The notes: a model not told the origin generated them from the sequence alone. Shown: positions 37,104 to 51,005, numbered from the stretch's first letter. The stretch is DNA of 64,000 nt from Lytechinus pictus (GCF_037042905.1 NC_087246.1:9736001-9800000), one strand, 5' to 3'. Numbers and translations are program-made.

Positions 37104-38297
37104 TTAAAGGGGTGTTTTTTCAGTTTTGGACGCGGTCCGCGCGTGGACTCGTTAAGGGTATAAAAAACACAGATTTTCAAGAAAAAGGGTGGTTTTGAAA
37201 GACTGGTTAATGGTCAATCGCGGGGTCAAACGTATTTAGGGTATGTTTTTTCCCAAAGCTTTTTTTTTAAAGACTAGCCAAACGTGTTTAGGGTATATAT
37301 TTTTTTCCCAAGCTTTTTCCCCAGGGTCATCTTTTGGCGACATCCTGTTTAGGGGCCAAAATGTGTAAATAAAGCTCGCGAAAAACTTGTTTAGGGGGTT
37401 ATTTTGCACACAGAGAAAAACTTGTTTAGGGGGTGTTTGGAAATTTCTTGGTCACGCGTATGTACAGCGATATATTTGACTGGCCCCCCCCCCCCCCCCC
37501 CCCGGGGGTAGACCAAATTCCCAAAGCTTTGGTCTAGCCAGGAGGCTCCTAGTTCTAGAGAGTAAAAATCATTCACTAACAAGTAACATGTGCTTCACAT
37601 CACATCAGGTACGGAAATGAAGGATTTCTGCTGTAGGTTTTCCGATCTTTACTTCTGGTAATTGACGGAGCCAGGAATTGCGTCCCATTCATGTGCGTGT
37701 GCCATGTACCGCAAAAAAAACTGAAACTTTCGCCCCCGAGATTTCTACCTTCTAAAGGCCAAGTAAAAAAAGAGTAGTTGATCGTCCGGGTTTTTTTGAG
37801 AGCAGTGATGAGGGAGGTCCTTACTATTTGCTATATCTTTTTAGAACGAGACATTTTCTCGGCTTGTTTTTTTACATCAGTGATGAGGGAGGACCTTACT
37901 CAGTTACTGTATACTATTTTTTTTGCTATTTTTTAATCAAATGATTGTCAGGCTCGATTTATGTGATCGATGCATGCTCAATATGAATAATAAATGAGTA
38001 GAAACATATATATAGGCCTATATGCAGATTCTAAATATATATATATTCAATTAATTGGAAATCTATATGGAAAAGTGTATTATACAATAAAAATTTGTTG
38101 ATGTGTTACTGATGTATATCAGTACTGTATATGTAAAACAAAATGTTCATGTCAAGTGAATTTTATGATTTAAACATTTTACACTATATGTAAGGGTAAA
38201 AAATACTTGGGGGGGGGGGTCTTTTAGAAAAAAAAAATTGAGAGCCATGTTATTACCATGGTCATGGAGCCATGTTTAGTTTTCCAGAGCCAATCTC

Positions 38298-39190
38298 TTT
38301 TTATATGCCCGTCTAGACGGTACGTATTATGGTATCACGCTCGGTGTCCGTCCGTCCGTTAACTTTTCCTTGTAAACACGATAACTTCAACTGGTTTAAC
38401 TTAACCTAGGCTCATATATTTTGGTGTGTATGATACTAGCATGGATCCCAGGAAGCCTTTTGATTTTGAGGTCAAAAGTTTAAGGTCAAGGTCACAGTGA
38501 CATGTTTTCATCTTACCCTTTTGCAGTCCTTGTAAACGCGATAACTTCAGTTTAACTTAAACTAGGCTCATATAATATGGTGTGTATTATACTAGCATGG
38601 ATCCCAGGAAGCTTATTGATTTCAAGGTCACAGTGACATGTTTTCATCTTACCCTTCTGCAGTCCTTGTAAATGCGATAACTTTAGTTGAACTTAACCTA
38701 GGCTCATATAATTTGGTGTGTATGATACTAGCATGGATCCCAGGAAGCCAATTGATTTTGATTTCAAAAGGTCAAAGGTCAAGGTCACAGTGACATGTTT
38801 TCATCTTACCCTTCTGCAGTCCTTGTAAACGTGATAACTTCAGTTTAACTTAACCTAGGCTTATATAATTTGGTGTGTATGATACTAGCATGGATCCTAG
38901 GAAGCCTATTGATTTTGATTTCAAAAGGTCAAAGGTCAAGGTCACAGTGACATGTTTTCATCTTACCCTTCTGAAGTCCTTGTAAACGCGATAACTTTAG
39001 TTGAACTTAACCTAGGCTCATATTATTTGGTGTGTATGATACTAGCATAGATCTCAGCAATTCTATCGATTTTGAGGTCAGAAGGTCAAAGGTGAAGTCG
39101 CCACCTTCCACATTGCTTGCTTGACTAATAATTCCATTTTCCATGTTACAGGCAGGCATATTATTGGCTCGCCTTAGCGACACGTGTTCT
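38298..39190 (+). mobile_element. HINE/Helentron-like element with ~155-bp tandem repeats
   Basis: Subterminal inverted repeat ATATGCCCGTC / GGCAGGCATAT, (GTCC)n microsatellite, about 5 tandem units, small 3' hairpin, T-rich left flank. Confidence 0.75.
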
Positions 39191-41028
39191 AAAAGGTCAG
39201 GGACTTGATAACACTCAAATGTGAAGGAAAATGTCACGTCCTGCCACTAAATTTCATTGGCCTAAAATTCATTATTTTAGAGGTTCCTGTTAAAATGAAA
39301 TATGTATGATATTAAGGACAACTTACTCTCTCAACAAAAAGAACCAACTGAAACTGATGGACTAAACAGTGTTAATTTGGCAGCTTACATTAAACTCCAT
39401 TTTTGAGGTTGACACCATACATGTAAGTGATCACTTTTGTCACGTTTGAATATTTTTCCATCCAAAGGAAACAGAGACTGAATCCGGTTAAGCTAGTGGA
39501 GGTAAGACCTATTGGTATGTACATAAATAACAACCATGATAGTTCTCCAACTCATTTTTTTTTTTGGCATGGAAAAAGTCTGAAGTGGACCCTATCCATG
39601 GAAAGGACCATTCATATAGTTTGTTTCTCTGGGCTCACCAGACATTTCTGGCGTCAGTGTCTACATTCAACACTCAGCATGAGTGCATTTTCTTGTGGGG
39701 TTCACTATTACTCTTTTACCAACACTGTATTTGTATACTGTATATAGGGGCTGGGCTGATTAAACCTCATATCTCAATAGTAAGCAATTTTGAGGACAGC
39801 TCAGAAAAGGCTGTTAAAGGCTGTTAAACGTAGCAATGGTGGCAGTCTCATATTGCCTGAAAACAGTCTCCTGATACATACATGTACATGTATGTGAAGA
39901 ACTCTTTTGAGGCATAAGAAGGTCGGTACCCATGTGATAACTCTAAAATCTAGCTTATTCTGAGCTGTCATCAAAATATTTAAATTTTGAGATGTTGGTT
40001 GAACCATTTGTCCACACGTACTTCCATGGCCAAATTGTGCAAACTTTTGGTCATCAAAAAGCTACCAACCCAGGAATGTCTGTGTCAAGAGAAGTCTGAG
40101 TAATCCTGTCCTTGTTCAATTACATAGAATAGACACATTGGTAGGCCTGCTTGTATTGAATACAGACTCACTCTCATATAATAGGATATATATCTGCCTC
40201 CATGAGCTCAGCGCACATTAATTCATGAAAACAAGGAAGTGCTTTTGTCAAGTTTGTATGGATACGACAGGGACTCAGAATTTGGTTGATATCCAAGCGT
40301 GTGTATAATAATTTTGAACTAGCAATTTCCTTCTAAAACGGTTTACTTGTCTAATTTTATCAAATTGTTTTCCTGTATTGTAGTCTTGGTTTACAGTCCT
40401 GATTGTGGTTATTTTCATGTACAGTATAGTGTGAGAAAATGTTTGTTTGTCATTGCTGGATGACATAAAAAAGTAAACCTAAAAACCAAAAGGGGTTGGG
40501 GGCACCTTTCCTTTTACAAAGTTCACACTATGCAATAAATCTTTAAAATCTCTTAAATAATATCAGTAAGATCACTTGCAGATATGAAAATCACAGTGCC
40601 ATGTGATTGTCATTAATGTTTAAAGATGATTTTAATCACTATTTTGGAATATCTATAATGAATCAAAGTACAGTAGAATATATTTTACATGTACCTGTAT
40701 TGCAAGTATATCAAAGCTGGAATTTACAATTCACCTAAAATATTGCTGACATGAACGTTGCAGGGATAAAATAGTCCCCACAATATTTTGTTTTTATTTT
40801 ATCTATTCTTTCAAAGTAACATGGGTGCAAGCAAATCATCTACATTGCAATGATTAGACATTGATGTGACCACGCAGGCCCTGCTCTGTGGCATCATCTT
40901 TAAGCTTGATAAAAATTTCATCTCAGAGATAAAAAGTGATTCCAGAATACCAAATTTAATTTTTTAAGATTTTTAAATAAATTTATTTTACAGACGAAAT
41001 GAAATCAAAATGCCGCCCCAGAACATTA

Positions 41029-41998
41029 GTGGTCAAATCCACACCAGAAAATTGTTGATTTGAATCGATAAAGAAAAGTCAAATAAGCATAATTGCTGAG
41101 AATTTCATCAAAATCAGATGTAAAATAAGAAAGTTATGACATTTTAAAGTTTCCTTATTTTCACAAAATAGTTATATGCACAACTCTGTGATATGCAAAT
41201 GAGAGAGTCGATGATGTCCCTTTACTATTTCTTTTGTTTTTTTATTTCATTTTTTTTACAGATTTGACAATAAGGACCAACTTGACTTAACCATACACTG
41301 TTAAAATAATGGTAATTCCACATGTTCAGGGAGGAATAAAATTTTGTTTGACATGACAAGGAGGAGAAAATTAGAATATTACTATTTCATGTAATAGAAT
41401 ACAAAAGAAATAGTGGGCGACAGCATCAGTCTGCTCATTTGCATACAAACCAGGATATGCATATAATAAAATAAAAGCAATGAACTTTAAAGATAAATAC
41501 CAGTTGTGGTGACGATCTCAAAATGAGTTCGAACAGAATCCAATGATATTACCACCAAAGTGTTTGTAGTATAAATAAAAAATGAGTGCCAAATAGCTCT
41601 GGAAGAAAATGTGTAATTGCTGAGAAATGATCAAAATAGGCACGGAATTTCTTCAAATGTCGGGTATTTTTTCGAAGCAATATTAATACACTGTCCCACA
41701 TATGTTTTTCTGTGTTAGTGATCATCAGAATTATCGATTTTGAGCTAAGATTTCATGATTATACAAAGATAAGTTTACATTAATGTACCAGATATAGATG
41801 TATGGTAATATTTTGAAAATTTAACCTTGATATAATAGACTCTCTCATGAATTTTGAGCACTGTAAATACTGTGTTTTACCGTTAAAATGTCATGTAACT
41901 TTCCTATTTTACATCCGATTTTGATGAAATTTTCAATGTTATGCTTGTTTGATTTTTCTCCTATTCAAATCAACTTTTTGTTGGGGTGGACTTGTCCT
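41029..41998. mobile_element. Kolobok/T2-type MITE family A with a second TTAA element (41491-41882) nested inside
   Basis: Ends GGGGTGGACTTGTCCT-TTAA; the family consensus AACTTTAAAATGTCAT is split at its TTAA. Confidence 0.8.
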
Positions 41999-42559
41999 TT
42001 AAAGAAGCTATAGCTTCATATGCATGTGCATCAAATTTCCAGTGTTTTGATCATTTGATTTTTCTCTACTTCCTATTTATTACATTCTTTTTTTTTATAG
42101 ATACACTTGATATTTTGCTTTTGACTTGGAACTTTTGACTTGGAACTTCCAACAGTTAGAAATCAAATCGATCATTTATACATGTAATTTGAATTTTTAT
42201 TTGTCATCCAGCTAAGATGAGGAAGAGGAAGTAAAGTCTGTTGTTTAGAGTGCTGTCGTGGCGGGGTATATATGGAGACCATTATCATGTTTCATGTATG
42301 TACAAGCATCAGAGAAATATACTGGTAGAGCAACAAGAAATAAGAGAAGGGTAGACTTCACAATAGTAGTTGCTTTTAGTGGGCATCCACCATTTTGGAT
42401 TTATGCAAATTAAACGTCTTCCTTCTGTTTGGATATTTTAGTACTTTTCCTTCTACATGTATTTGAAAGAAAAATACAAAATATATTACATGTAAACCAG
42501 AAAGAAAAGGTCAAAATCAGTATTTGGCAGCCATTTTGAAAAAGAAATGTACTAGTTAA

Positions 42560-43146
42560 AGGACAAGTCCACCCCAACAAAAAGATTTGAATAAAAAGAG
42601 GAAAATCCAACAAACACTGAAAATTTTGTTGAAACTGGATGTAAAGTAAGAAAGTTATGACATTTCAAAGTTTCGCTTAATTTCACAAAACAGTTATATG
42701 CACATCCTGGTCGATATTCAAATGAGGGAACTGTTGACATCACCCACTCACTATTTCTTTTCTATTTTATTATATGAAATATTATAATTTTCTCCTTATT
42801 GTCCTGTGAAACAAAGTTTTATTTCTTCCTGAGCTTATGGAACTACCATTGTTTAACATTTTATGGTTCAGTCAAGTTAGTCCTTATTGTAAAATCTGTG
42901 AAAATAGAAATATTGTATAATTCAGACAATAAAAACAAAAGAAATAGTGAGTGAGGGACATCATTGATTCTCTCATTTGCATGTGGATAAATTGCGCATA
43001 TAACTATTTTCTGAAAAATAAGTGAAACTTTAAAATGTCATAACTTATTTTTTCCTCCGATTTTGATGAAATTTTCAGTATTATGCTTGTCTGATTTTTC
43101 GCTATAATTGATTCAAATCAACATTTATCTGAGGTGGACTTGACCT
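42560..43146. mobile_element. Kolobok/T2-type MITE family A
   Basis: TTAA-AGGACAAGTCCACCCCAA...GGTGGACTTGACCT-TTAA. Confidence 0.88.
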
Positions 43147-43236
43147 TTAATATGCAAATTAGTCACTCATATAATCAAACTGTAAATTTTATCAAATGAC
43201 ATCCCATACATATTTATCTGATCCTACTCTACTTAA

Positions 43237-44340
43237 ATGGGGGGTGCCTCAAGGTTCGGTCATCGGGCCTGTACTCTTTACATGTTAAATACAACACCAT
43301 TAGAAGATCTTATTCATTCCTATGGTTTCTCGTCGATGATATATGCTGATGACACACAATTATATATCTCATTCAAGTCTGGACAAGCTCTCCGAATGAT
43401 GCAGAAACTGAAAGATTGTCTTACTGCCATTCGTTCCTGGATGACAGAACTATTTACTCCTTAATAACGATAACAAGATGGAAGTCCTGCATCTGTTCTC
43501 TCATGGAAGACATACCCCTGAACTACCTCCAATTCAAATTGCAAATGTTCATTTACATCCCTCTAAAAAGGTCACTAACTTGGGTGTTTTGTTTGATAAA
43601 AACCTTTCAATGCATCCCCAACTCAACAGTATCTGTCGTAAAGCATCCTTTGCCCTAAGAAAAATTGGTAAAATTCGTAAATATCTCTCTAAACCATCTA
43701 CTGAAGTCCTCATTCGTGCATTTATTAGTTCACTTCTTGACAGTTGCAATTTAGCCTGCTCCATGGAATTCCAGAAAAGGATATTTCAAAGCTGCAGAGA
43801 ATTCAAAACTCGACAGTGCGTCTAGATTCCCTCATTAAAAACATGACCATATAACACCTACTCTTAAACAATTGCACTGGCTCCCCATCAGACTTTGTAT
43901 GCAATTCAAAATTCTACTCTGAACATTCATATCTCTCCAGATTATCTCTCTGAATTAATCCAGGCATTCATTCCCAGTAGGTCCCTTTGTGTTCTGCAAA
44001 TCAAAATATCTTAACTTTCAAAAAAAGCAAAAACTAAATTTTTCGGTGATAGGTCCTTTTCAAGCTCAGCCCCATGTCTTTGAAATACCCTTCCAGCTTC
44101 CCTTCGTTGTATCCCAAATATCACTTTGTTCAGATCCAATTGAAAGACTTATCTCATGAAGAAAGCATATATATTCAACATAGCCCCATTAAAACAGTGT
44201 CCTCAATACTTTTATTTTTTTGTTTTATAATTTATATAATTCACTTTTTTTTTATATATCATATATTCTACATTTGTAAACCGCTTTGATATATGAATTT
44301 CATGAAAAGTGCTATATAAAACTGAGTTATTATTATTTAT
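43237..44340 (+). pseudogene. 5'-truncated L2/CR1-group LINE (RT C-terminal half and 3' tail)
   Basis: GVPQGSVIGPVLF, IYADDTQLY, NLGVLFDKNLSM, HDHITPTLKQLHWLPI, FGDRSFS in shifted frames; tail GCTATATAAAA...(TAT)n. Confidence 0.9.
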
Positions 44341-44856
44341 CTGAACTCAGAAGTCTAAATGAGTCAAATAAGCTATTTCATACTCTCAAATAGGTAAAAA
44401 TATTGTATTTTGGTGGCCATCTTGGATTTATGCAAGTTGAACACTTTCCCCTATTTGGATTTTTTGGGACATTCAATGATATTTTGTGGACCTCAAAGAA
44501 ATGCACTACAGTCACAGTGAAATGAATTCAGTTGCAATTTGTTTGAAGTGAAAAGTTAAAATGACTGGATTATATGCAATATTGTCCCACATGTAGACTT
44601 TCATGTAGGGATGTACATGTAGACTGAGTGTGACATCAACTGGAAACAATCTTTCAGATTCAAGAAAGAAGGAAATATTCTTCATTTTCTTGATGTTTCC
44701 AATAGTCATTTCATGATGTAAAGATGTGAAATTTGAACTTTCACTCTGCAACATTTGGAAGGGTTTTTATTCCCATATGGTCAAACGATTGTCAAACTTG
44801 GTGCTTGTAAGTTGTATGTGGCGGGGGTGGGGGTATCAGTAATTATGATCTTATTA

Positions 44857-44924
44857 ATTATGGTCATTTTGCCTCCGACGAAGATTCTGCTAGGATCGAA
44901 AGCTTAGGCCCCTTTTTGACTTTC
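44857..44924 (+). ncRNA. Minimal hammerhead-ribozyme-like motif (variant core) between 17-bp direct repeats
   Basis: GCCT-CCGACGA-A-GATTCT-GCT-AGGATC-GAAA-GCTT-AGGC. Confidence 0.5.
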
Positions 44925-46069
44925 TAATTATGATCTTATTACTTTTGGGGTCATGAAAACTTTGAAGTTGCAATTCATGTGTATTGTACATTCTTGGGGA
45001 CACTATGTCAGAGGATTCAGTGGTCATGTCAAAATTTTAGAAGTTACGGTACATATTCTTGGTCTGGCAATGGCAGGCACATGAATATAGACTGCTTGTA
45101 GTTGAGAATCCATCCTGTTGATATCGGTATGTATAATTTGATATGATAAAACTAGAAAGTATTCAAACAATAATATCTTTTTGTGCAGTTTTGAATTTTC
45201 CAGTTGAAAATATTCACACTAGCAAAATTTTCTGCTGAGAAGGCAAAATTTCCTGGTCTTCAGCTGGCCTGGATGCTGATCTTTAGTAATAAAAAGAGAG
45301 GCCGAAGATGAGTCAGACCTTGAAGGTCTCTACCCGCGTCAGCCATTACTGACACATGACTGTATGATGGGATGAATATCATTTGCCCACATTTTATAAA
45401 TAATCATGAAGGTCATACAATGTATTCTATCAAATATTACTCATTGTTCACAAAAACCAACCAACGTTACATGTATGAATACCAAATGAGCAGCAAGATC
45501 CTACACTCAATATCGCTCAAAAGAATTATTAAATAGTCAAATGATTTTGAAGGTATCGTGATCTCAAAATTCTTTTCAAACTGCACGCTAGACTAAAAAA
45601 GTGTGACCTTAATAGCGCATGATAGTTTTGCAAAGGTTTAGAAAGGAAGGCAAGCAGATAAAGGTAAGATATCTATATCAGATGCAGGTTCAAAATGCAG
45701 ACCAGTATCACATTTTACTTACAAGTTTGAAGACCTCTGCAGCTCTGCTTACAAAATGCAGATATCTTGAGGCTCGTAGAGGAGTTCAAATTTTCTCTCG
45801 GACGGACCAAATGGTGACAAAATTTGCCAATGTTATACCAATATTTTCACAAATGCAGACCTTATCTTCAAGAAAGTTACTTTTACTGGGTCGGGGAGGT
45901 GGGGTAAATTGTGACACATATTGCATTTTGCATGTTTTTAGAATTGATATGACTAATAATCTTGTAGAAATAAGTACCTTGCCTTTAAATTTAATTCTTG
46001 GAAAATATTTGTCACCTATATATAACTTTCTACCCCCACACTGAAAGTCATAGTCACCTTTGAAAAAAC

Positions 46070-46791
46070 GATGTCAAATGGCTTAACTTGCCCCATCTGT
46101 GGGTTAAGCTGTGCCACCTTCTGGGGTAAGTTGAGCCACAAAAACCATGTACAAAATGTCTGCGGGAAGAACCAGCACTAATTCTCTATGAATACTAACA
46201 TCCTCTAAAAGTAAAAACTGTCATGTGAATTGAATCCTCTCTGTCTGCATAACAATGGTTGTTTAAGGTTTGATTTAAAAAAAAAAACATTACCATGAGA
46301 ATTACCATGGCTCAACTTGCCACATGTTGTCTGGCTCAAATTGCCCCAGTCTGAACTTAATGCAACATTTTCACTACCATACATTTCTTATGCATCCATC
46401 ATGTAAGACTGACAAGAATGAGAATGATGATGATGATGATGATCCACAGCATTTATATTGCGCCATTTATCTGTTAAAAACATTCAAAGGCGCAGAATCC
46501 ATACCTGGACTAACAATATTGTTATGTCTTTATTATATTTAAAGACGTGTATGGGTAAAAAGCACTTACACATGAACACGTATCTATTTCACACCCTTTT
46601 TTTAAATACTTTTTTTGGCTGAAATTTGTATTTTTCCCCCTAAAAGAATGTACTTTTTTTTTCAAAGTTGAAAACAATGTGGTGGGGTTAAGGGTTATGT
46701 AATGGGTCATCAATACATGACACCACCACAATGTCTGACTCATTCATTATTGGCCTGGGGGTGTTGGCTCAACTTACCCCGCCTTCCCCTA
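46070..46791. mobile_element. Decayed DNA element with GGCTCAACTTGCCCC repeats
   Basis: The motif occurs in both orientations; ends CCTTCCCCTA. Confidence 0.45.
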
Positions 46792-47549
46792 ATTTTGTGT
46801 TGCTTTTTTCTGTTTGCTTTTCTAAGATACTAATAAAATATTGAGATGTGCGACCCTGTGCTAAATATATGTATGGTCACAGCAGCATACTGCAAGCTAT
46901 GACTCTTACTTTTTTCATGCTCGAAAAGTATACTTCTAATATCAAACATAGAAATGAATCATACTCATAGCCAGGTTAATCTCTTGGTTGATTGTTATTA
47001 CTGTGAAGACTCTACACTTTATGTAAAGTCAGAAATCATGCATGCAAAAGGTTTAGATTTTAATTGTCTTGATACAAATTTTATGAAACAAATCTTAATA
47101 TTTATGTAACAGGTCTGTATAGGAATACCTACTTATCTAGTGCATTACACACCTTGTGACACTGGAGTACAAGGACTAAATGTGTGTTACAATAGAAATA
47201 CAATATTAGGGAATAAGGCAAACTTTACAGTTGTTGTTGCCCATCATGATGTTAATTATGTCAGATTTGATGGTTCTCTGCTGTTCTTATCTACAGTGAA
47301 ATTTAAAAAAATGTGGTATCCGTAGTGTTGTTTATGTCATCAGGTATTGTAGTCTTTGTTTTTAGTTGTTACTTTTGTTATTTCTTGTCATGGAATGTTT
47401 TGTCTGATGTTCCTCTTTGTTTTCTAATACAATGTAGGTTATGCATATATCTTTGTAAACAAGCTACATGTTGTGTTCAATTACCAATAAAAACAAAATT
47501 ACTAAAACTAAGAAGAAAGGCCTGTTTTTCTACTCTCCTCTCGTCATAG

Positions 47550-47799
47550 ACTGGCCGTATTGCAACAGATCCACCACAGCTAAGTCAAGGAGCAGCTATC
47601 ATTGATATTGCATGGTCCCCTTTCAATGACAACTTGATTGCCTCAAGCGATGAGAATGGTTTCGTCAACTTCTGGGTGATTTCAGATGAAGGAGTGACTG
47701 AAAACTGTGAAGAGCCATCACTTTCAATGAAAGCACATGAAAAGCGTTGCTCTATGATCCGATGGCATCCCTTGGCAGAGAATGTACTCCTCACTGCAG
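47550..47799 (+). CDS. Coronin coding exon 2
   Basis: TGRIATDPPQLSQGAAIIDIAWSPFNDNLIASSDENG...WHPLAENVLLTA; donor GTAAGT. Confidence 0.94.
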
Positions 47800-49091
47800 G
47801 TAAGTTAAAATTCAATACTGTCAGGGCAAGAAAACTATTTTATTTTCATTATATTACAATTACATTTTACGCCTATACATAGAACATGACGCGCTACAAC
47901 ACACATTGTGCAAAGGGCCCTCTTCCTTATTATATACATGTATGAATAGTCTGCTTCGGCATATGGAATGAAATAATCACAAATGGTTTAGTAAATGCTG
48001 TGGAAATAAAATTGTAGATTTTTAAATGAGCATTGCTTTCAAAAATGAAAGGTAAAGTCACATCGTCAGTGCCCATGATGTGACAAAAAAAGAAGAGAAT
48101 TAAAATAAAAAAGAAGAGAATTCATCTTCAGCGCATTGATTTTGTTGAAAGGTGAGTTTCATTATCCATATTCCCATGAACAGACTGTCAATTTAACTTG
48201 ACAACCAAGCCTTTAAAACACTAGATACGGTAAGATAGCGGGCTGTTTATTGTGAATGCCATGACATCCTAAAAATTGGTCAGTCGCTTTACAAAAAAAA
48301 GGACATCGAAAAAAGGTGACTGATTACTTTTTTATAGTACTTTCAAATCAAAACACTTGTTCCAAATATATTACCTGCAAAACAAATTACATATAGAAGT
48401 GTCAAATAAGGCATTTGAATTTGGTAAGCAAGTTCAAGTTTATTTTGTGGATAGAAAGATTCTGCCCTCTGGTCAGTCACATTACCGTAAATCACATTAC
48501 ACTTTGTGACATTTTTTTTACCCTTCCAATAACTTATTTTTTGATATTTTCTCTTAAATATAATGTAAAATGATGAAATTCAGATTATCCAACTGAAATT
48601 TTACAAAACAAACCATAGTTTCTGTTGAAATATAGCTATATTTACTACCATATTATATGTCATTCTTTGTACATGGTTGGCATTCTCATGTAAAGAGATG
48701 AGTAAGACAAATTTTTTAGGCGGATTGGGATCCCCCTTTGTATTTATGAAATTTTATGAGTTTTAATCTCAATTTTGGATCTAGATTTGAAATGGAGCCA
48801 AGAAACGATTTTGGAAATTGGAATCGCCCATATAAGTAAAGTGGACTATACTGGATGCCCTATGGCATCCCTGTAGTAACTTGGTTATACACCCCCACTT
48901 CATTTCATAAGATTATATGTACCTGGTTTTCTAGAGTTTTGTTTGATCCTACCTGACCGTCCCCAACGTCTTAGACTTGCATTTATACAAACTGGCAATT
49001 CTGCTAGTATTTTAGATGTATATAATACCATGGATCTACCAAATCCATGATAATACTGATCATGGCATTATCTCCCTCTCATTGTTACCAG

Positions 49092-49267
49092 GCATGGACT
49101 CGAGAGTGTGTGTATGGAATATGGATGATGCAAGTATCATTGTGGATATAAAAACTACAGATGTTGTACAGGATCTATGCTGGAGCCCTGATGGAAAAAA
49201 ATTTGCTACCGCCAGCAAAGACAAGAAGATCCGCATCTACAATGGAAGGACTGGCCAGTTAGAACAG
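49092..49267 (+). CDS. Coronin coding exon 3
   Basis: GMDSRVCVWNMDDAS...WSPDGKKFATASKDKKIRIYNGRTGQLEQ; donor GTACAT. Confidence 0.93.
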
Positions 49268-49444
49268 GTACATCTAAATAAAACAATATTACAGTTTGAA
49301 AATGTGAAAACATGACATGACATGACAAACATGATAACTAGTTTAAAGTTTTGTTTGTTTTTCCATAATTTCAAAAGATGAACACTTTCCTTCTTGCTGC
49401 AAGATGTACACTGTAGCATCTCACACTGCCGACAACAGACTTAA

Positions 49445-50112
49445 CCTTATCTAGGAGATCATATGGCTGGGGGGGGGGGGGGGGCTCACAGGCCCCCTTG
49501 AAATCTCGGCTGTTTTCAGCATTATCGCGCTGAAAATTGGCACGCAGGTTGTCAAGGACATATTGTATAGGCCTACTAATCTATTTCATATAAATTGCTA
49601 TTGATGATATTGTAATTTGATTGTAATTTAATTGTAATTTATGTGTAATTATTATGCTAAATCAAACTTTTTCCTGTAACTCCCTCAATAAAAGTTCAAT
49701 TGTAATATTTTTTGTGTGTAGAAAGTCCTTGTGGTGGATTAATTTCTTATGTATTTCATTGTTTTTTCAACCTTTTATTTTTTTCAATGAACTTTTTTCA
49801 GGGACTCTTAAGACCATAAACAGCATAAAATAGATCCATTTAGACCACTAAAAGGTAAAAATAATCATGCATTTTAATATGATATTTGGTTTAAAACACA
49901 ATTTGCATTGACTTTGTGCACAAAATCACATTTTTGGAGCAATTTTGGGTCTGACATGCACTTACAAAATGTTGCGCAATTTTGGAACCATGTACCTTGG
50001 TACTTGGTAGTACAATTTGGATCTCAAGAGGTGCGTAAGACTTGAAAGTAAAAAGTCAGCGAGCAGCGCGGTCAAGAAATTTTGTGCGGCAAAAATATTG
50101 TGCATTATAGGG
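49445..50112. mobile_element. Decayed piggyBac-type MITE
   Basis: TTAA-CCTTAT...ATAGGG-TTGA; G-tract plus GGCCCCC near the left end, as in the 63336 element. Confidence 0.55.
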
Positions 50113-50291
50113 TTGATGCATAGCTGATTGTTAGCAGAGTAGAGGTATCCTTTCTTGGATGTGCTTTGCTTTCATTAATTCTATATTAATTGCCAGTGTT
50201 TTGAATAGCCTTCAGTAGCTTTATGCAATATCAGTAAAGTGAACATCAGTCAGTATTAAATACCACACTGTTTTTTAAACTGATTTGTCAG

Positions 50292-50408
50292 GAACTTGCA
50301 GGCCATGATTCTCCACGTGAAATGCGCATCAGTCTTTTGAAGGATAATAAACTACTGACAACAGGCTTCACCAGGGAAAGCAGGAGAGAATACAAGTTAA
50401 TGAAGTTG
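50292..50408 (+). CDS. Coronin coding exon 4
   Basis: ELAGHDSPREMRISLLKDNKLLTTGFTRESRREYKLMKL; donor GTAAGT. Confidence 0.92.
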
Positions 50409-51005
50409 GTAAGTCCTCTGTCCTCTATAGAGCATAATTCTATGATTAGATAAGAAGTCTAGAAAACTGAAAATTGGGACACATTTCTGTTTAGTGAAGA
50501 GAACATTTATTCATTTGTGCGGATAATCCTGAATCTGCTGGCTAGGGACATAATACCCTGGAAGCCTGTAGGTCTCATTTGGTCGGAGGAATGTCGAAGT
50601 AACTTTGTCCAGACGGGCACCACTCCGACCCTTCCTCTGACCAAAACAGCGTACGTCTGGGTCGTATTATTAAGAGAAATAAACTGGGAAGTGTTTTTAA
50701 TCCCATCTCATTTGCATTGGTCTTTCTTTTGCCATTTTGAGACTTTGGATTCTGAAACCAATTGATGTGAGGAGCTACAGCCTCTTTGATTAATCCAATC
50801 TCTTAATTATGGGCTTGTGCTTTGTAAAAATTATTGAAGCTAGCATGTGTAAGAATATTGTTCATTTTGACAGACTGGAATTTGCGCAGTGCCCTTGTAA
50901 AGTTTGATCAGTTTCTTTTGGAACTCAAGTTATATATTTGTATTGTATACTGAGTGATCATTGGTCTGCCCTCTTGCATTCACACCCTACTTTGTTTAAC
51001 ATTAC

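Larger units (their letters stand above)
34503..37506. mobile_element. CCCGGG-terminus TIR element with internal duplication; host of nested elements
   Basis: Right end GTACAGCGATATATTTGACTGGCCC...CGGG; left remnant GTCAAATATATTGCTGTAC. A ~115-bp block is duplicated at ~34514-34629 and ~37104-37217. Confidence 0.6.

Noticed and set aside
43237..44340. Functional reverse transcriptase gene (also 56440-57195 and 23940-24740)
   Set aside because: Truncated, with multiple frameshifts and stops; ordinary LINE relics.
45619..46044. 141-aa intronic ORF
   Set aside because: No recognisable domain or splice support, and the coronin frame is complete without it.
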